Positions 1 to 10,628 of a stretch of 32,000 nt of DNA are shown in pieces; the stretch's first letter is position 1, and every line of letters starts with the position of its first letter. The translations under genes and the position numbers were made by a program. A model generated the notes under the pieces. The model was not told where the DNA came from. It did no database searches and saw only the letters and a list, made by a program, of their open reading frames with translations. Origin of the DNA: Ktedonobacterales bacterium. Lineage in GTDB: Bacteria; Chloroflexota; Ktedonobacteria; Ktedonobacterales; JADMIN01. The DNA lies in the NCBI GenBank assembly GCA_030167145.1, contig CP126532.1:4560001-4592000 (forward strand), in the 5' to 3' direction.

Positions 1-983
1 CCCGCGATAGGGTGTACGGCGACCTCGCCATCTTCAACGCGAACCAGCAATTCAGGCGATGCGCCCACCACGGCAAAGTCATCAAGCGCAAGATAGAACA
101 TGTACGGCGACGGATTGATCGAACGCAGCGCGCGATAGATCGCGAAGGGATGCGCACTGGTAGGCCGCGCGACCCGCCGCGACGGCACCACCTGGAAGCA
201 GTCGCCCGCGCTGATGTAGTCCTTGATGCGCGCAACGGCGGAAGTGTACCAGCCCGCGTCATCGGCGGCAGGCGCATCAGCGCCACTGGCGACGGCAACC
301 CCGCGCCGATGTTTGGCCGTCCCGACCGGGAAGGGACGGCGTGGCACCGGCCCGGCGAGCCGCCGCGCCATCGCATCGAGCCGCGCGTGCGCCGCATCAC
401 GAGCGCGCTGCTCATCGCCATCCGTTGCGGTCAGATCGGCATAGGTGAGCAATTGCGCGGTATGACGCACATGATCGAAAATCAGCAGGGTGTCGCTGAA
501 GCAGAAAACGGCCTCCGGCAGCCCCAGCGGGTCGCTAGCGGGAATCGGCGCGGACGGTTCGAAGCGTGCGGCAGCCTCATAGGCGAGGTAGCCCACCGCG
601 CCGCCAGAGAAGCGCGGCAGCCCCGGCACACGCGCGACGGGACGGCGCTCCAACTCGGCGCGCACGGCTTCGAGCGGATCGGCGCAGGGGACGCGCTCAA
701 CTGTGTCCGCACGTTCACCCGCCAGCCAATGATACTCTGCTATGCCGTCGCGCACGCGCAGCACCAGGTAGGGGTCCGTGCCAGCGAATGAGTAGCGCGC
801 CAGCCGTTCGCCACCCTCCACACTTTCAAGCAAATAGCTATAGCGACCACGTGCAAGCTTGAGAAAGGCTGACACGGGCGTTTCCAGGTCGGCGGGAATC
901 TCGCGCCACACCGGCACGAGCGCCCCACGGCGCTCATCTGCGGTGAGCGGAACCGTTTCGTTGCCTCGTGCTGGTGCGGTCAT
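1..983 (-). CDS. trpE: anthranilate synthase component I, N-terminal ~327 aa (3' end runs off the left window edge)
   Basis: My own translation of the minus strand from the ATG at 983-981. It is absent from the ORF track because no stop lies in the window. Sequence: MTAPARGNETVPLTADERRGALVPVWREIPADLETPVSAFLKLARGRYSYLLESVEGGERLARYSFAG...DCFQVVPSRR...INPSPYMFYL...GASPELLVRVEDGEV, typical TrpE motifs. AGGAG lies 7 nt upstream of the ATG. Confidence 0.85.
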   Translation of the reverse strand, partial: MTAPARGNETVPLTADERRGALVPVWREIPADLETPVSAFLKLARGRYSYLLESVEGGERLARYSFAGTDPYLVLRVRDGIAEYHWLAGERADTVERVPCADPLEAVRAELERRPVARVPGLPRFSGGAVGYLAYEAAARFEPSAPIPASDPLGLPEAVFCFSDTLLIFDHVRHTAQLLTYADLTATDGDEQRARDAAHARLDAMARRLAGPVPRRPFPVGTAKHRRGVAVASGADAPAADDAGWYTSAVARIKDYISAGDCFQVVPSRRVARPTSAHPFAIYRALRSINPSPYMFYLALDDFAVVGASPELLVRVEDGEVAVHPIA

Positions 984-1035
984 GTAGATACTCCTAACTT
1001 GGCTCTCGGTAGCGGAAGGTACGGATGGCAAGCCG

Positions 1036-2079
1036 TTACAGCAAGCCAACCCGTTCTTTGGCGAGCTTCAGCATTGCCTCCGCGCGCGGACGCACCTGCT
1101 CCGCGCCCTGCGCCAGCAGGCGGTCGAGTTCGGCGGGATCGGCGGTGATCTCCGTATAGCGCTGCTGTACCGGCTCCAGCGTGGCGACGACAAGGTCGGC
1201 CAGAGCGGCCTTGAACTCTTTGTAGCCCTTGCCCGCAAACTCCGCCTCGATCTGCTCGCGCGTCTCGCCGCCGAGCGCCTGATAGATCGTCAGCAGGTTG
1301 AAGATACCTGGACGATTCTCGTCGAAGACGATGGTGCGCTCAGAATCGGTGGTGGCGCGGGCGATCTTCTTGCGAATCGCCGTGGGCGGATCAACTAAGC
1401 TGATATACGACGCTTCGGCGCCGCTCTTGCTCATCTTCTTCGCTGGATCGTCGAGCGCCATGATCCGTGCGCCGACCTCGCGGATGCGCGCCTTCGGCTC
1501 TACGAACGTCTCGCCGAAACGGAAGTTGAACGTATTGGCGATATCGCGCGTCAGCTCGACATGCTGCACCTGATCGTCGCCGACCGGGACCACATCGGTC
1601 TGATAGAGCAGAATGTCCGCGGCCATTAGCACGGGATAGACGTAGAGACCGGCGCTGACGGACTCACGATCTTCGCCCGCTTTGACCTTGAACTGGGTCA
1701 TGCGGTTCAGCCAACCGGTTGGCGTCACGCAGTTGAGAATCCACGCCAGTTCCGCGTGCGCGGAGACGTGCGACTGCACGAAGAGCACGCTGCGCTTGGG
1801 GTCAATGCCGCTGGCGAAGAGCAGCGCGGCGAGTTGGCGGGTATTGGCGCGCAGTTCCGCTGGATCCTGCGGCACGGTGATGGCGTGCAGGTCTACGACG
1901 CAGAAGATGTTGTCATAGATGTCCTGCTCGGCGACCCAGTTGCGAATTGCCCCAATATAGTTGCCCAGCGTCGGCGTGCCCGATGGCGCAATGCCGGAAA
2001 AGACGCGCTCGCGGCGCGGCTCCGCAGCCTGCTTGGCCGTGGCGGGTTTGGCCCGCGATGCTTTGGTTGGCGCAGTCAT
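1036..2079 (-). CDS. trpS: tryptophan--tRNA ligase
   Basis: ORF 1036..2199 trimmed to the internal ATG at 2079 (MTAPTKASR...), which is preceded by GAAGGGAGAG. Class I aaRS motifs: PSGTPTLGNYIGA (HIGH-like) and KKMSKS. The ORF-track N-terminal extension overlaps the T-box terminator. Confidence 0.9.
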   Translation of the reverse strand: MTAPTKASRAKPATAKQAAEPRRERVFSGIAPSGTPTLGNYIGAIRNWVAEQDIYDNIFCVVDLHAITVPQDPAELRANTRQLAALLFASGIDPKRSVLFVQSHVSAHAELAWILNCVTPTGWLNRMTQFKVKAGEDRESVSAGLYVYPVLMAADILLYQTDVVPVGDDQVQHVELTRDIANTFNFRFGETFVEPKARIREVGARIMALDDPAKKMSKSGAEASYISLVDPPTAIRKKIARATTDSERTIVFDENRPGIFNLLTIYQALGGETREQIEAEFAGKGYKEFKAALADLVVATLEPVQQRYTEITADPAELDRLLAQGAEQVRPRAEAMLKLAKERVGLL

Positions 2080-2106
2080 GTCACTCTCCCTTCTGAAGAA
2101 ACAAGG

Positions 2107-2395
2107 CAAACAAAAACGCCGCTCATCCGCGAGGGACGAGAGGCGTTGAACCTTCGTGGTACCACCCTGATTCGAGCCAGCGCCGCAAAAACGCGCCATG
2201 CTCCTCCATACGCACGGGCCACTGGTGGCCGATGCGCGGCCTCGCTAACGGGAGGCGCCCGGCAAACCCTACAACGCGAACGGCGTTGCTCAGGTCGCGG
2301 CTCCCAGGGCCATTCCGCGATGCTCCAGCGCCGGCTTGCACCCTTCCGGCTCGCTGTGGCTGTGGCGAATGCGCGTACTTGTCCTGGTCAAAGCC
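2107..2395 (-). promoter_or_regulatory. T-box riboswitch leader, Trp specifier (UGG)
   Basis: Read on the minus strand. K-turn: GGC-UUU-GA (2395-2388) opposite GA-GCC (2303-2299). Specifier loop: ACAAGUA on the 5' side and GAA-UGG-C on the 3' side (UGG = 2312-2310). Distal part: GA bulge plus loop AAGGGUGCAAG. T-box sequence: AAUCAGGGUGGUACCACG (2172-2155). Terminator: AACGCCUCUCGUCC/GGAUGAGCGGCGUU (2147-2115) followed by UUUGUUUG. Confidence 0.85.
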
Positions 2396-2438
2396 AGTGA
2401 TTCACACCTGTTTCACAGGTGAACTGTGCTACGATGGC

Positions 2439-2468
2439 AGTATAGCCAGGAAGATTGGATGGTGTCAA
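2439..2468 (-). promoter_or_regulatory. sigma-70-type promoter for the T-box/trpS transcript
   Basis: Minus strand: TTGACA (2468-2463), 18-nt spacer, TATACT (2444-2439). Confidence 0.5.
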
Positions 2469-2642
2469 GGGCCGGGAACAAAGCGGAAGATGATTCATGG
2501 CAAACATTCTGCAAACCATCTCGACTCGGCACCTGCCCAAAAGACCCACGACACCTATCCACATGCGCCACTCTCTGATATGCTTGAGGCACGCACAATG
2601 CGTATGTTTGCGTAGTGCTTCGTAACATGATGAGCACGACAG

Positions 2643-3470
2643 ATGACGCTGGGCAGTGGCGGAGAAGGTATCTCACCTATGGGATCGCAGTATCAGCAGA
2701 TTGGGGTTGCTTCTGTGAGCGGCGCAACGCTCGGAGGTCCACTGACCACGCGCGGGCTTTCGGTGGTACTGCCCGCATACAATGAAGAGGCCGTCATCGC
2801 GCGCACCGTGACGCGCTGCGTTGAGACGCTCGCAGTGCTTGCGCCAGATTTTGAAGTGATCGTGGTGGATGATGGCTCGCGCGACCGTACTGGCGAGATC
2901 GCCGACCAGCTTGCCGCAAGCAATCCACATGTGCGGGTCATTCACAACCGACCCAATCGCGGGTATGGTGGCGCCCTGATGGCGGGGTTCGATGCCGCAT
3001 CTAAAGAGCTATCGTTCTTCATGGATGCCGATGGCCAGTTCGACATCCACGATATTGCCCTGCTGCTGCCGCTGCGCGAGCAGGGCTATCGTGCGGTATT
3101 GGGCTATCGCAAGCAGCGCAATGATCCATTCTTCCGGCTGGTGAATGCGTGGGGCTGGAATCTGCTGGTTTCGCTGCTCTTTGGCCTGCGCGTGCATGAC
3201 GTAGACTGCGCGTTCAAGCTCTTCGATACTGACTTAGTGCGCATCTGCGACATCCATGCCGAAGGCGCGATGGTCAACACCGAGATGCTGGTGAAGTTGA
3301 AGAAGCTTGGCGTGAAGTTCGTGGAAGTGCCGGTGCGCCACTATCCACGCGAACATGGCAGCGCGACTGGGGCCAATCTCAAAGTTATCCTGCATGCCTT
3401 CCGCGAGCTGCTGCGCTTGAATGGCAAAATACGACGCTGGAAGGTCAAGCTGCCCAGCGTCGCGAACTAA
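2643..3470 (+). CDS. family 2 glycosyltransferase (polyprenol-phosphate sugar synthase-like)
   Basis: GT2 signatures: VVLPAYNEE, VVDDGSRD and the DXD-like FMDADGQ. The start is uncertain. ATG 2679 (MGSQYQQ...) sits downstream of GGAGAAGG and may be the true start. Confidence 0.85.
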   Translation: MTLGSGGEGISPMGSQYQQIGVASVSGATLGGPLTTRGLSVVLPAYNEEAVIARTVTRCVETLAVLAPDFEVIVVDDGSRDRTGEIADQLAASNPHVRVIHNRPNRGYGGALMAGFDAASKELSFFMDADGQFDIHDIALLLPLREQGYRAVLGYRKQRNDPFFRLVNAWGWNLLVSLLFGLRVHDVDCAFKLFDTDLVRICDIHAEGAMVNTEMLVKLKKLGVKFVEVPVRHYPREHGSATGANLKVILHAFRELLRLNGKIRRWKVKLPSVAN

Positions 3471-3474
3471 CCGG

Positions 3475-3729
3475 CTACGGCGTGCCGAGTGTGTCGCGCT
3501 CGACAACACGAATCTGGCTCGCGCGCAGCGTGGCGAGCACTAGCGCGTCCTGCGATGCGGAATCAACAAACTCCACATCATAGAGCGGGGGATCCTGCGG
3601 GCGGCGATGCACCACCATCCCCTGCATGCCCGTACTCAGGCTCGCGGGAGCTTCTTTGTGGACACGCCACGATGGCTCGACCGCGACATCTTCCAGGAGT
3701 TCGACCAGGTCCATCTCTTCCGGCTCCAT
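3475..3729 (-). CDS. small DUF4926-like protein
   Basis: C-terminal ...PLYDVEFVDSASQDALVLATLRASQIRVVER resembles my memory of DUF4926. The ORF runs to GTG 3759. ATG 3729 has GAGGGGGA 9 nt upstream, and ATG 3738 is an alternative start. Confidence 0.55.
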   Translation of the reverse strand: MEPEEMDLVELLEDVAVEPSWRVHKEAPASLSTGMQGMVVHRRPQDPPLYDVEFVDSASQDALVLATLRASQIRVVERDTLGTP

Positions 3730-3902
3730 GCGTCTCATTCCCCCTCTATGCTCTGCCACTCTCTGGTTGCCTCGCCGATTGTATCACACGTGCCTCACGA
3801 ATAGACGCCCGTGCTGACCTTCGCTATTGTACACCGCCGCGCCTGTGGGCGCACGCCCGAAATGTCGGGGTATTTGGGTAGCAATAGCGCCGTGATATAC
3901 GC

Positions 3903-3931
3903 TTGATTTCTTGTGTGAAATGCGCTATCAT
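3903..3931 (+). promoter_or_regulatory. candidate sigma-70 promoter for the 4014 gene
   Basis: TTGATT (3903-3908), 17-nt spacer, TATCAT (3926-3931). Confidence 0.4.
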
Positions 3932-4013
3932 TGACTGTTGGTGCCCAGGCGCCGATAGCAGCGAACACAGGAGTTTGCTCGCCTGGCACACTACTGGAGG
4001 TACGGTCAGTTCT

Positions 4014-4307
4014 ATGGGCAAGTACAGCTACGAGGGCATTTTGCGCGCTGTTGGCCGGGTGCTTGACGAGGCTGAAGCAAAGCGCTTCGCCATTTCTGAC
4101 AGTGACGACGGCCTCAGAGTTGAGACCTTCGACGAGCAAGGTGAGCGCCAGCTTGATGTGAAACTAGGACTTGGCGACCTGGCACAGATCGTAGATGTCG
4201 TTGGCGCAATCGGCGATGAGCCACATTTTGAGCATTCCTACGCGCACGACGAGGGCACGCTTCATAGCTTCCTCCGACGGCGTGAGGTGGTGGGAGCAAC
4301 CCGCTAA
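4014..4307 (+). CDS. hypothetical small acidic protein (97 aa)
   Basis: ORF 3903..4307 trimmed to ATG 4014 (MGKYSYEGILRAVGRVLDEAEAKRF...), with GGAGG at 3996-4000. A strong hairpin follows it. I recognise no family. Confidence 0.5.
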   Translation: MGKYSYEGILRAVGRVLDEAEAKRFAISDSDDGLRVETFDEQGERQLDVKLGLGDLAQIVDVVGAIGDEPHFEHSYAHDEGTLHSFLRRREVVGATR

Positions 4308-4348
4308 ATCTGATTTCGCGAGGAGTCAGAACCAATAGACCGTTGCGC

Positions 4349-4392
4349 GAAAGAACTGGTACATTCCATTGTACTGGTTCTTTCTTTGTACG
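4349..4392 (+). terminator. intrinsic terminator after the 4014 gene
   Basis: 15-bp stem GAAAGAACUGGUACA (4349-4363) / UGUACUGGUUCUUUC (4370-4384), including two G.U pairs. The loop is UUCCAU, and the T-rich run UUUGU follows. Confidence 0.6.
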
Positions 4393-4536
4393 TGCCGGTG
4401 CATCACCATGGTAGCTGACGTACTGCCTTTCCGGGGGCATCCATTGCCCGAATGGGGATACAATGCGTATACTGCGCACAGTATGTCGTGAAGACACCAG
4501 GGCATTGCGTATTGGCGTATGCGCCGCAATGTCCCT

Positions 4537-4565
4537 GATGCCGCACGGACGGCGTTTTTTTGTTT
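4537..4565 (+). terminator. terminator-like hairpin inside the alaS leader (possible attenuator)
   Basis: Stem GAUGCCG (4537-4543) / CGGCGUU (4550-4556), loop CACGGA, followed by T-rich UUUUUGUUUU. It lies 40 nt upstream of the alaS ATG and downstream of the candidate promoter TTGCCC-18-TATACT (4444-4473). Confidence 0.45.
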
Positions 4566-4604
4566 TATCTGTAGCACTCGCTATCCTGTGATGAGGACGA
4601 AGAC

Positions 4605-7304
<2,700 letters not shown>

Positions 7305-7319
7305 CGCCAGCCTATACTG

Positions 7320-7348
7320 CCCCCTCGCTCCTGTGTGGAGCGAGGGGG
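7320..7348. terminator. bidirectional hairpin between convergent alaS and the anti-sigma gene
   Basis: Perfect 12-bp stem CCCCCTCGCTCC (7320-7331) / GGAGCGAGGGGG (7337-7348), loop TGTGT, with T-rich sequence after it on the plus strand. Confidence 0.7.
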
Positions 7349-7368
7349 TCTTCATTTCGTGGGACTAT

Positions 7369-9084
7369 TCACTCAAATCGCTGGATCGTGTAGGTTGGGC
7401 TGCTAGTTTCGATGGTGTTCGCGACGGTCAGCGTCACCACGCGCTTCGGCCCGTCCGTCACGTAAAGGTTCACCACGCTCAGCCCTGGCTCCTCCGTTGT
7501 CGGGCCGGTGAGGTGCAGCCAGCTACTCGTGCCAGCCTTCCAGGTGTAACAACTTACCGTTATCTGCTGCGCGGATGGGAAGCCAGGCGTTGGAGTCGCC
7601 TGCCCACTGCCGGGTGTCGCTGGCGCCGCATTCGCCATCTGGAAGACCACCACCAGCGAGCCGTCGTAGAGCGCCGTGGCGCTTATCTGCACTGGCTCCG
7701 CTCCCGCTGGCAGCCCCTTCATTGGGGCTTGCACCCATGTCGTGCCGCCATCCGTGCTCGCATAGATGCCTGTAATCGGACCCTCATTCGGAACGCCGAC
7801 AATCGCGTACAGCACCACATCGGTTGGGTCGCCGCCAGGATTCACCGCTTTGAGTGTCACCCACGCCTGATTCAGTGGCGGCTGGAATGTGCCGACCTTT
7901 GCCCAGTGTGCGCCCGCGTCATCGCTGCGCCAGAGCTGCAAGTCTTTGGAGTCGAGGTTCTGACACTGCGCCGACGTGCGTGCGAAGAGCGTCGCCCCCA
8001 CTGGCGTAGCGGTATAGTCGCAGATGTGCAGACCCTGGCTCATCAGTGGCTTATCGGCAACCTGCCACGTCTTGCCGCGATTCGTCGTGCTGATAATGCG
8101 AATATCCATCGTGGGCTGCGTATCTGTGCCGCCGTTCTGCATCGCCGCGTACAGCCTGCTGCCCTGCGCCTGCAAGCGGGTGGCATCGTAGAACGCCACA
8201 CTGCCATTCGGAAAGAGCGTGCCCGCGACGGGCAGGCGGGTCTGCGTCCAGTGGTCGCCACCATCCACACTGACATACTGCGTCGGGCAGAACGTGCCCT
8301 TCTGGCCCATGCTCGGAGCGTGGCAGGCATTCGGGTCGCCCGGCTGATATTCGAGTGCGAGTTCGAGGAAGACATTTTCCGCGTCCGCCGGATTGACCGC
8401 CAGCGTCAGGCCACCCACGAATGTGTTGGGCGGCGTGGGAACCGTGAAATCATGCGCGAGGTCGCGCCACGTCGCGCCGCCATCATCGCTGCGTCGCAAC
8501 ACTGGACCCTGCCCATTGTCGGCGTATTCGTACAACGTATTCGCGTCGCTTGGCGCCGCCACCGGAATCCCTGGCTGATTCTGAATCGTCGTCCGCAAAG
8601 GGAGCACGACAACTGGCCCAGATGTGGATGGGCTAGGCGTGCTGCCCGGTGTGTCTGATACGGTAGGTGTGCCAGTGCCTTTCGCCGTCGAGCTTTGCCC
8701 GCGCAGCATCGCCAGCACGCCCACCAGCAACGCGACCACCACCACCGCCGCCGTAATCGCGAAGAGCGCCCCGAGACGGCTGCGCCGATAGCGCGGCCTG
8801 CGCCCACCGTCTGGTCCGCGCGGTTGTGCATCCGTTCGCTGGGTTTGCAGTGTCTTGATAAAGCTGGCTTGTGGGTCATCCATAGAGGTATCCCTTTGAT
8901 GTTGTGGATTGGCTGGATTGGCCTGAAGCGCCGCGCGCAATTGCTGATTCAAGCGCGTAGCTGGGGGGACTCGTTGCTGCCAGTTCGCGCCATCGGCAAA
9001 CAGATCGCGCTGGATGCCGTCCAACTCCTGTGGCAATGGCTCCAGCCCATCGCCCAGCAGCATGTCATGTGGTTGGTCAGACAT
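7369..9084 (-). CDS. single-pass membrane protein with extracytoplasmic BNR/Asp-box beta-propeller (putative anti-sigma factor)
   Basis: ATG 9084 is preceded by AAGGAG and overlaps the sigma stop codon (ATGTCTGA). One TM segment: LGALFAITAAVVVVALLVGVLAML. A Pro/Thr/Ser linker follows. Five SxDxGxTW-like Asp-boxes are present: SDDGGATW, SVDGGDHW, TNRGKTW, SDDAGAHW, STDGGTTW. Confidence 0.7.
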   Translation of the reverse strand: MSDQPHDMLLGDGLEPLPQELDGIQRDLFADGANWQQRVPPATRLNQQLRAALQANPANPQHQRDTSMDDPQASFIKTLQTQRTDAQPRGPDGGRRPRYRRSRLGALFAITAAVVVVALLVGVLAMLRGQSSTAKGTGTPTVSDTPGSTPSPSTSGPVVVLPLRTTIQNQPGIPVAAPSDANTLYEYADNGQGPVLRRSDDGGATWRDLAHDFTVPTPPNTFVGGLTLAVNPADAENVFLELALEYQPGDPNACHAPSMGQKGTFCPTQYVSVDGGDHWTQTRLPVAGTLFPNGSVAFYDATRLQAQGSRLYAAMQNGGTDTQPTMDIRIISTTNRGKTWQVADKPLMSQGLHICDYTATPVGATLFARTSAQCQNLDSKDLQLWRSDDAGAHWAKVGTFQPPLNQAWVTLKAVNPGGDPTDVVLYAIVGVPNEGPITGIYASTDGGTTWVQAPMKGLPAGAEPVQISATALYDGSLVVVFQMANAAPATPGSGQATPTPGFPSAQQITVSCYTWKAGTSSWLHLTGPTTEEPGLSVVNLYVTDGPKRVVTLTVANTIETSSPTYTIQRFE

Positions 9085-9628
9085 GTGCGTCTCCTTCATG
9101 CGGGCGCATGGCGCTCAGATGCCCCGAATCGCGTAGGCGTTGGCGCAGCAGATACAGCGCGCGGCGCAGGCGCGTGCGTATCGTCGCGGGCGGCTTGCCC
9201 AGCGCCATGCCGATTTCCGTCGCGTCCATGCCAGCGTAATAGCGCAGCACGACGATCAGGCGCTGCTCTGTTTCCAGTTCGTTGATCGCCTGGCGTAGGT
9301 CGAGCGTAGCGGCGTAGCTCGTCGTGCCGGGGTCGGCGTCAAGCGTTGCCAGCAGTTCCCCCGTCTCATCGGTCAGCGGTTGCTGCATCCGGCGCTGTGT
9401 GCCCAGCCGGTCGCGGTGCCACTGGCGACAGACATTCACGCCAATTTGCAGCAACCAGGGCCGTAGCGCATTCGGATCGCGCAGGTTGGCGCGTGCCTGC
9501 CACGCGCGCAGCACCGCTTCTTGCGCGGCGTCTTCCGCGTCGTCGAAACCCACGAGCGCCGAGGTCACTTTCAGCAGCAGACCAGTGTGCTGCTCAACGA
9601 GCGTAATAAACTGGTCGCGGTCGGTCAC
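9077..9628 (-). CDS. ECF-type sigma-70 family RNA polymerase sigma factor
   Basis: GTG start at 9628 with GGAG/GAAGG upstream. Region 2-like DAEDAAQEAVLRAWQ. Region 4 HTH: VVLRYYAGMDATEIGMALGKPPATIRTRLRRAL. Confidence 0.9.
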   Translation of the reverse strand: MTDRDQFITLVEQHTGLLLKVTSALVGFDDAEDAAQEAVLRAWQARANLRDPNALRPWLLQIGVNVCRQWHRDRLGTQRRMQQPLTDETGELLATLDADPGTTSYAATLDLRQAINELETEQRLIVVLRYYAGMDATEIGMALGKPPATIRTRLRRALYLLRQRLRDSGHLSAMRPHEGDAHV

Positions 9629-10014
9629 AGGAATCGCCTTCTACTCCTCATGCCGTCCCTGGCCATCGAGACGATTGTGGCGCACGGTGGCGCACGGTCG
9701 GCATCTCGCGCTGCTCTGCATGGCATCGGTATACCCTTTCTAACGAAGAGGAGGCGCCGCGCTCCTCTGGTCAGTACGCTCCTCCGGTCGCCAAGTACGA
9801 TGCGTTGGAATCGCGAAGTGTTTGCGTGCGCCGAGAATTTGTATACCGATGGACCGGTACTTTTGTATGAAAATTGAGCGTGAATGGCGCGTCAAAGAGT
9901 AGAGAAGAGTGAGCGGCGAGCGGCCTCGACATGGGGAAGAGGCCGTCTCACTTCTCACGCGGCGGTGGCGCACCCAAAGCCAAAGGGAGCCGCCTGGAAC
10001 TGGAGCCACCCGGA

Positions 10015-10620
10015 ATGGCGCACATCCTTCATCTCGCCAGCACATCACGATTGCCCGCGATTCAGGCCGACCTGGCGCGCATTCGCGCTCAGCAAGTGGC
10101 GCTGGTTTTTCCGCTGCACACTCACCCGCTGATCGCCGAACACGACACATTGCACGCCTTGCGCGCGTTCTGCGAGGCGCTCGATAAAGATGTCGCCATC
10201 ATCGGCGGCGACGACGCGCTGCGGGCGCTGGCCGTCGCGGTGGGCTTTGTCGCGGCCACCTCGCTCGATGCCTGGGCGGCGCAGGAGCAGAGCGGCTCTA
10301 CTCCGCCTCCGGGCAGCCTCGCCGCGTGGATCGAAGCGGATGCCACCTATGTCGCCTCGCAGCGTATGGCTGCTGAGTATCAGCCGTCCAGCGATGAGCC
10401 GCCCGCATATGTGTTGGAATTGTTGCGCGCCGAAGGCACCTATACCGGCCCACGCGACGATCCCGCACAGTCGTCGCCCGTGCGGCGTTCGCACGCCGCC
10501 ACCAGGCCGCTCTCGCGCTATGCGTCCGCAGACGACTCTATCGCCGCCGCCATCCGCGCGAGTTTCGGCGGATGGATGCCGCCTTCTGGCGCGGACCCAA
10601 CTGATTCGGGACCGCTGTAG
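10015..10620 (+). CDS. hypothetical protein
   Basis: ORF 9931..10620 trimmed to ATG 10015 (MAHILHLASTSRLPAIQ...), with GGAG upstream. High GC3. No recognised family. The C-terminal half is low-complexity. Confidence 0.5.
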   Translation: MAHILHLASTSRLPAIQADLARIRAQQVALVFPLHTHPLIAEHDTLHALRAFCEALDKDVAIIGGDDALRALAVAVGFVAATSLDAWAAQEQSGSTPPPGSLAAWIEADATYVASQRMAAEYQPSSDEPPAYVLELLRAEGTYTGPRDDPAQSSPVRRSHAATRPLSRYASADDSIAAAIRASFGGWMPPSGADPTDSGPL

Positions 10621-10628
10621 CCGCCGCT

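Noticed and set aside
12-791. 259-aa plus-strand ORF (and nested ORFs 223..444, 566..862) at the left edge.
   Set aside because: The sequence is Arg/Pro-rich and low-complexity, and it is antisense to a clean TrpE reading frame on the minus strand. This is a typical shadow ORF of GC-rich DNA.
2080-2199. N-terminal extensions in the ORF track (trpS to 2199, lysA to 19104, permease to 23198, deaminase to 21683, ABC exporter to 28572, aminotransferase from 29040, WYL regulator to 11693).
   Set aside because: The extensions lack family similarity and overlap regulatory RNA or upstream genes. Internal starts have good GGAGG-like ribosome-binding sites and match the expected protein lengths.
4390-4604. 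Possible T-box leader upstream of alaS.
   Set aside because: No GGGUGGUACC T-box sequence, no specifier-loop architecture, and the leader is too short. I kept it only as a generic terminator/attenuator candidate.
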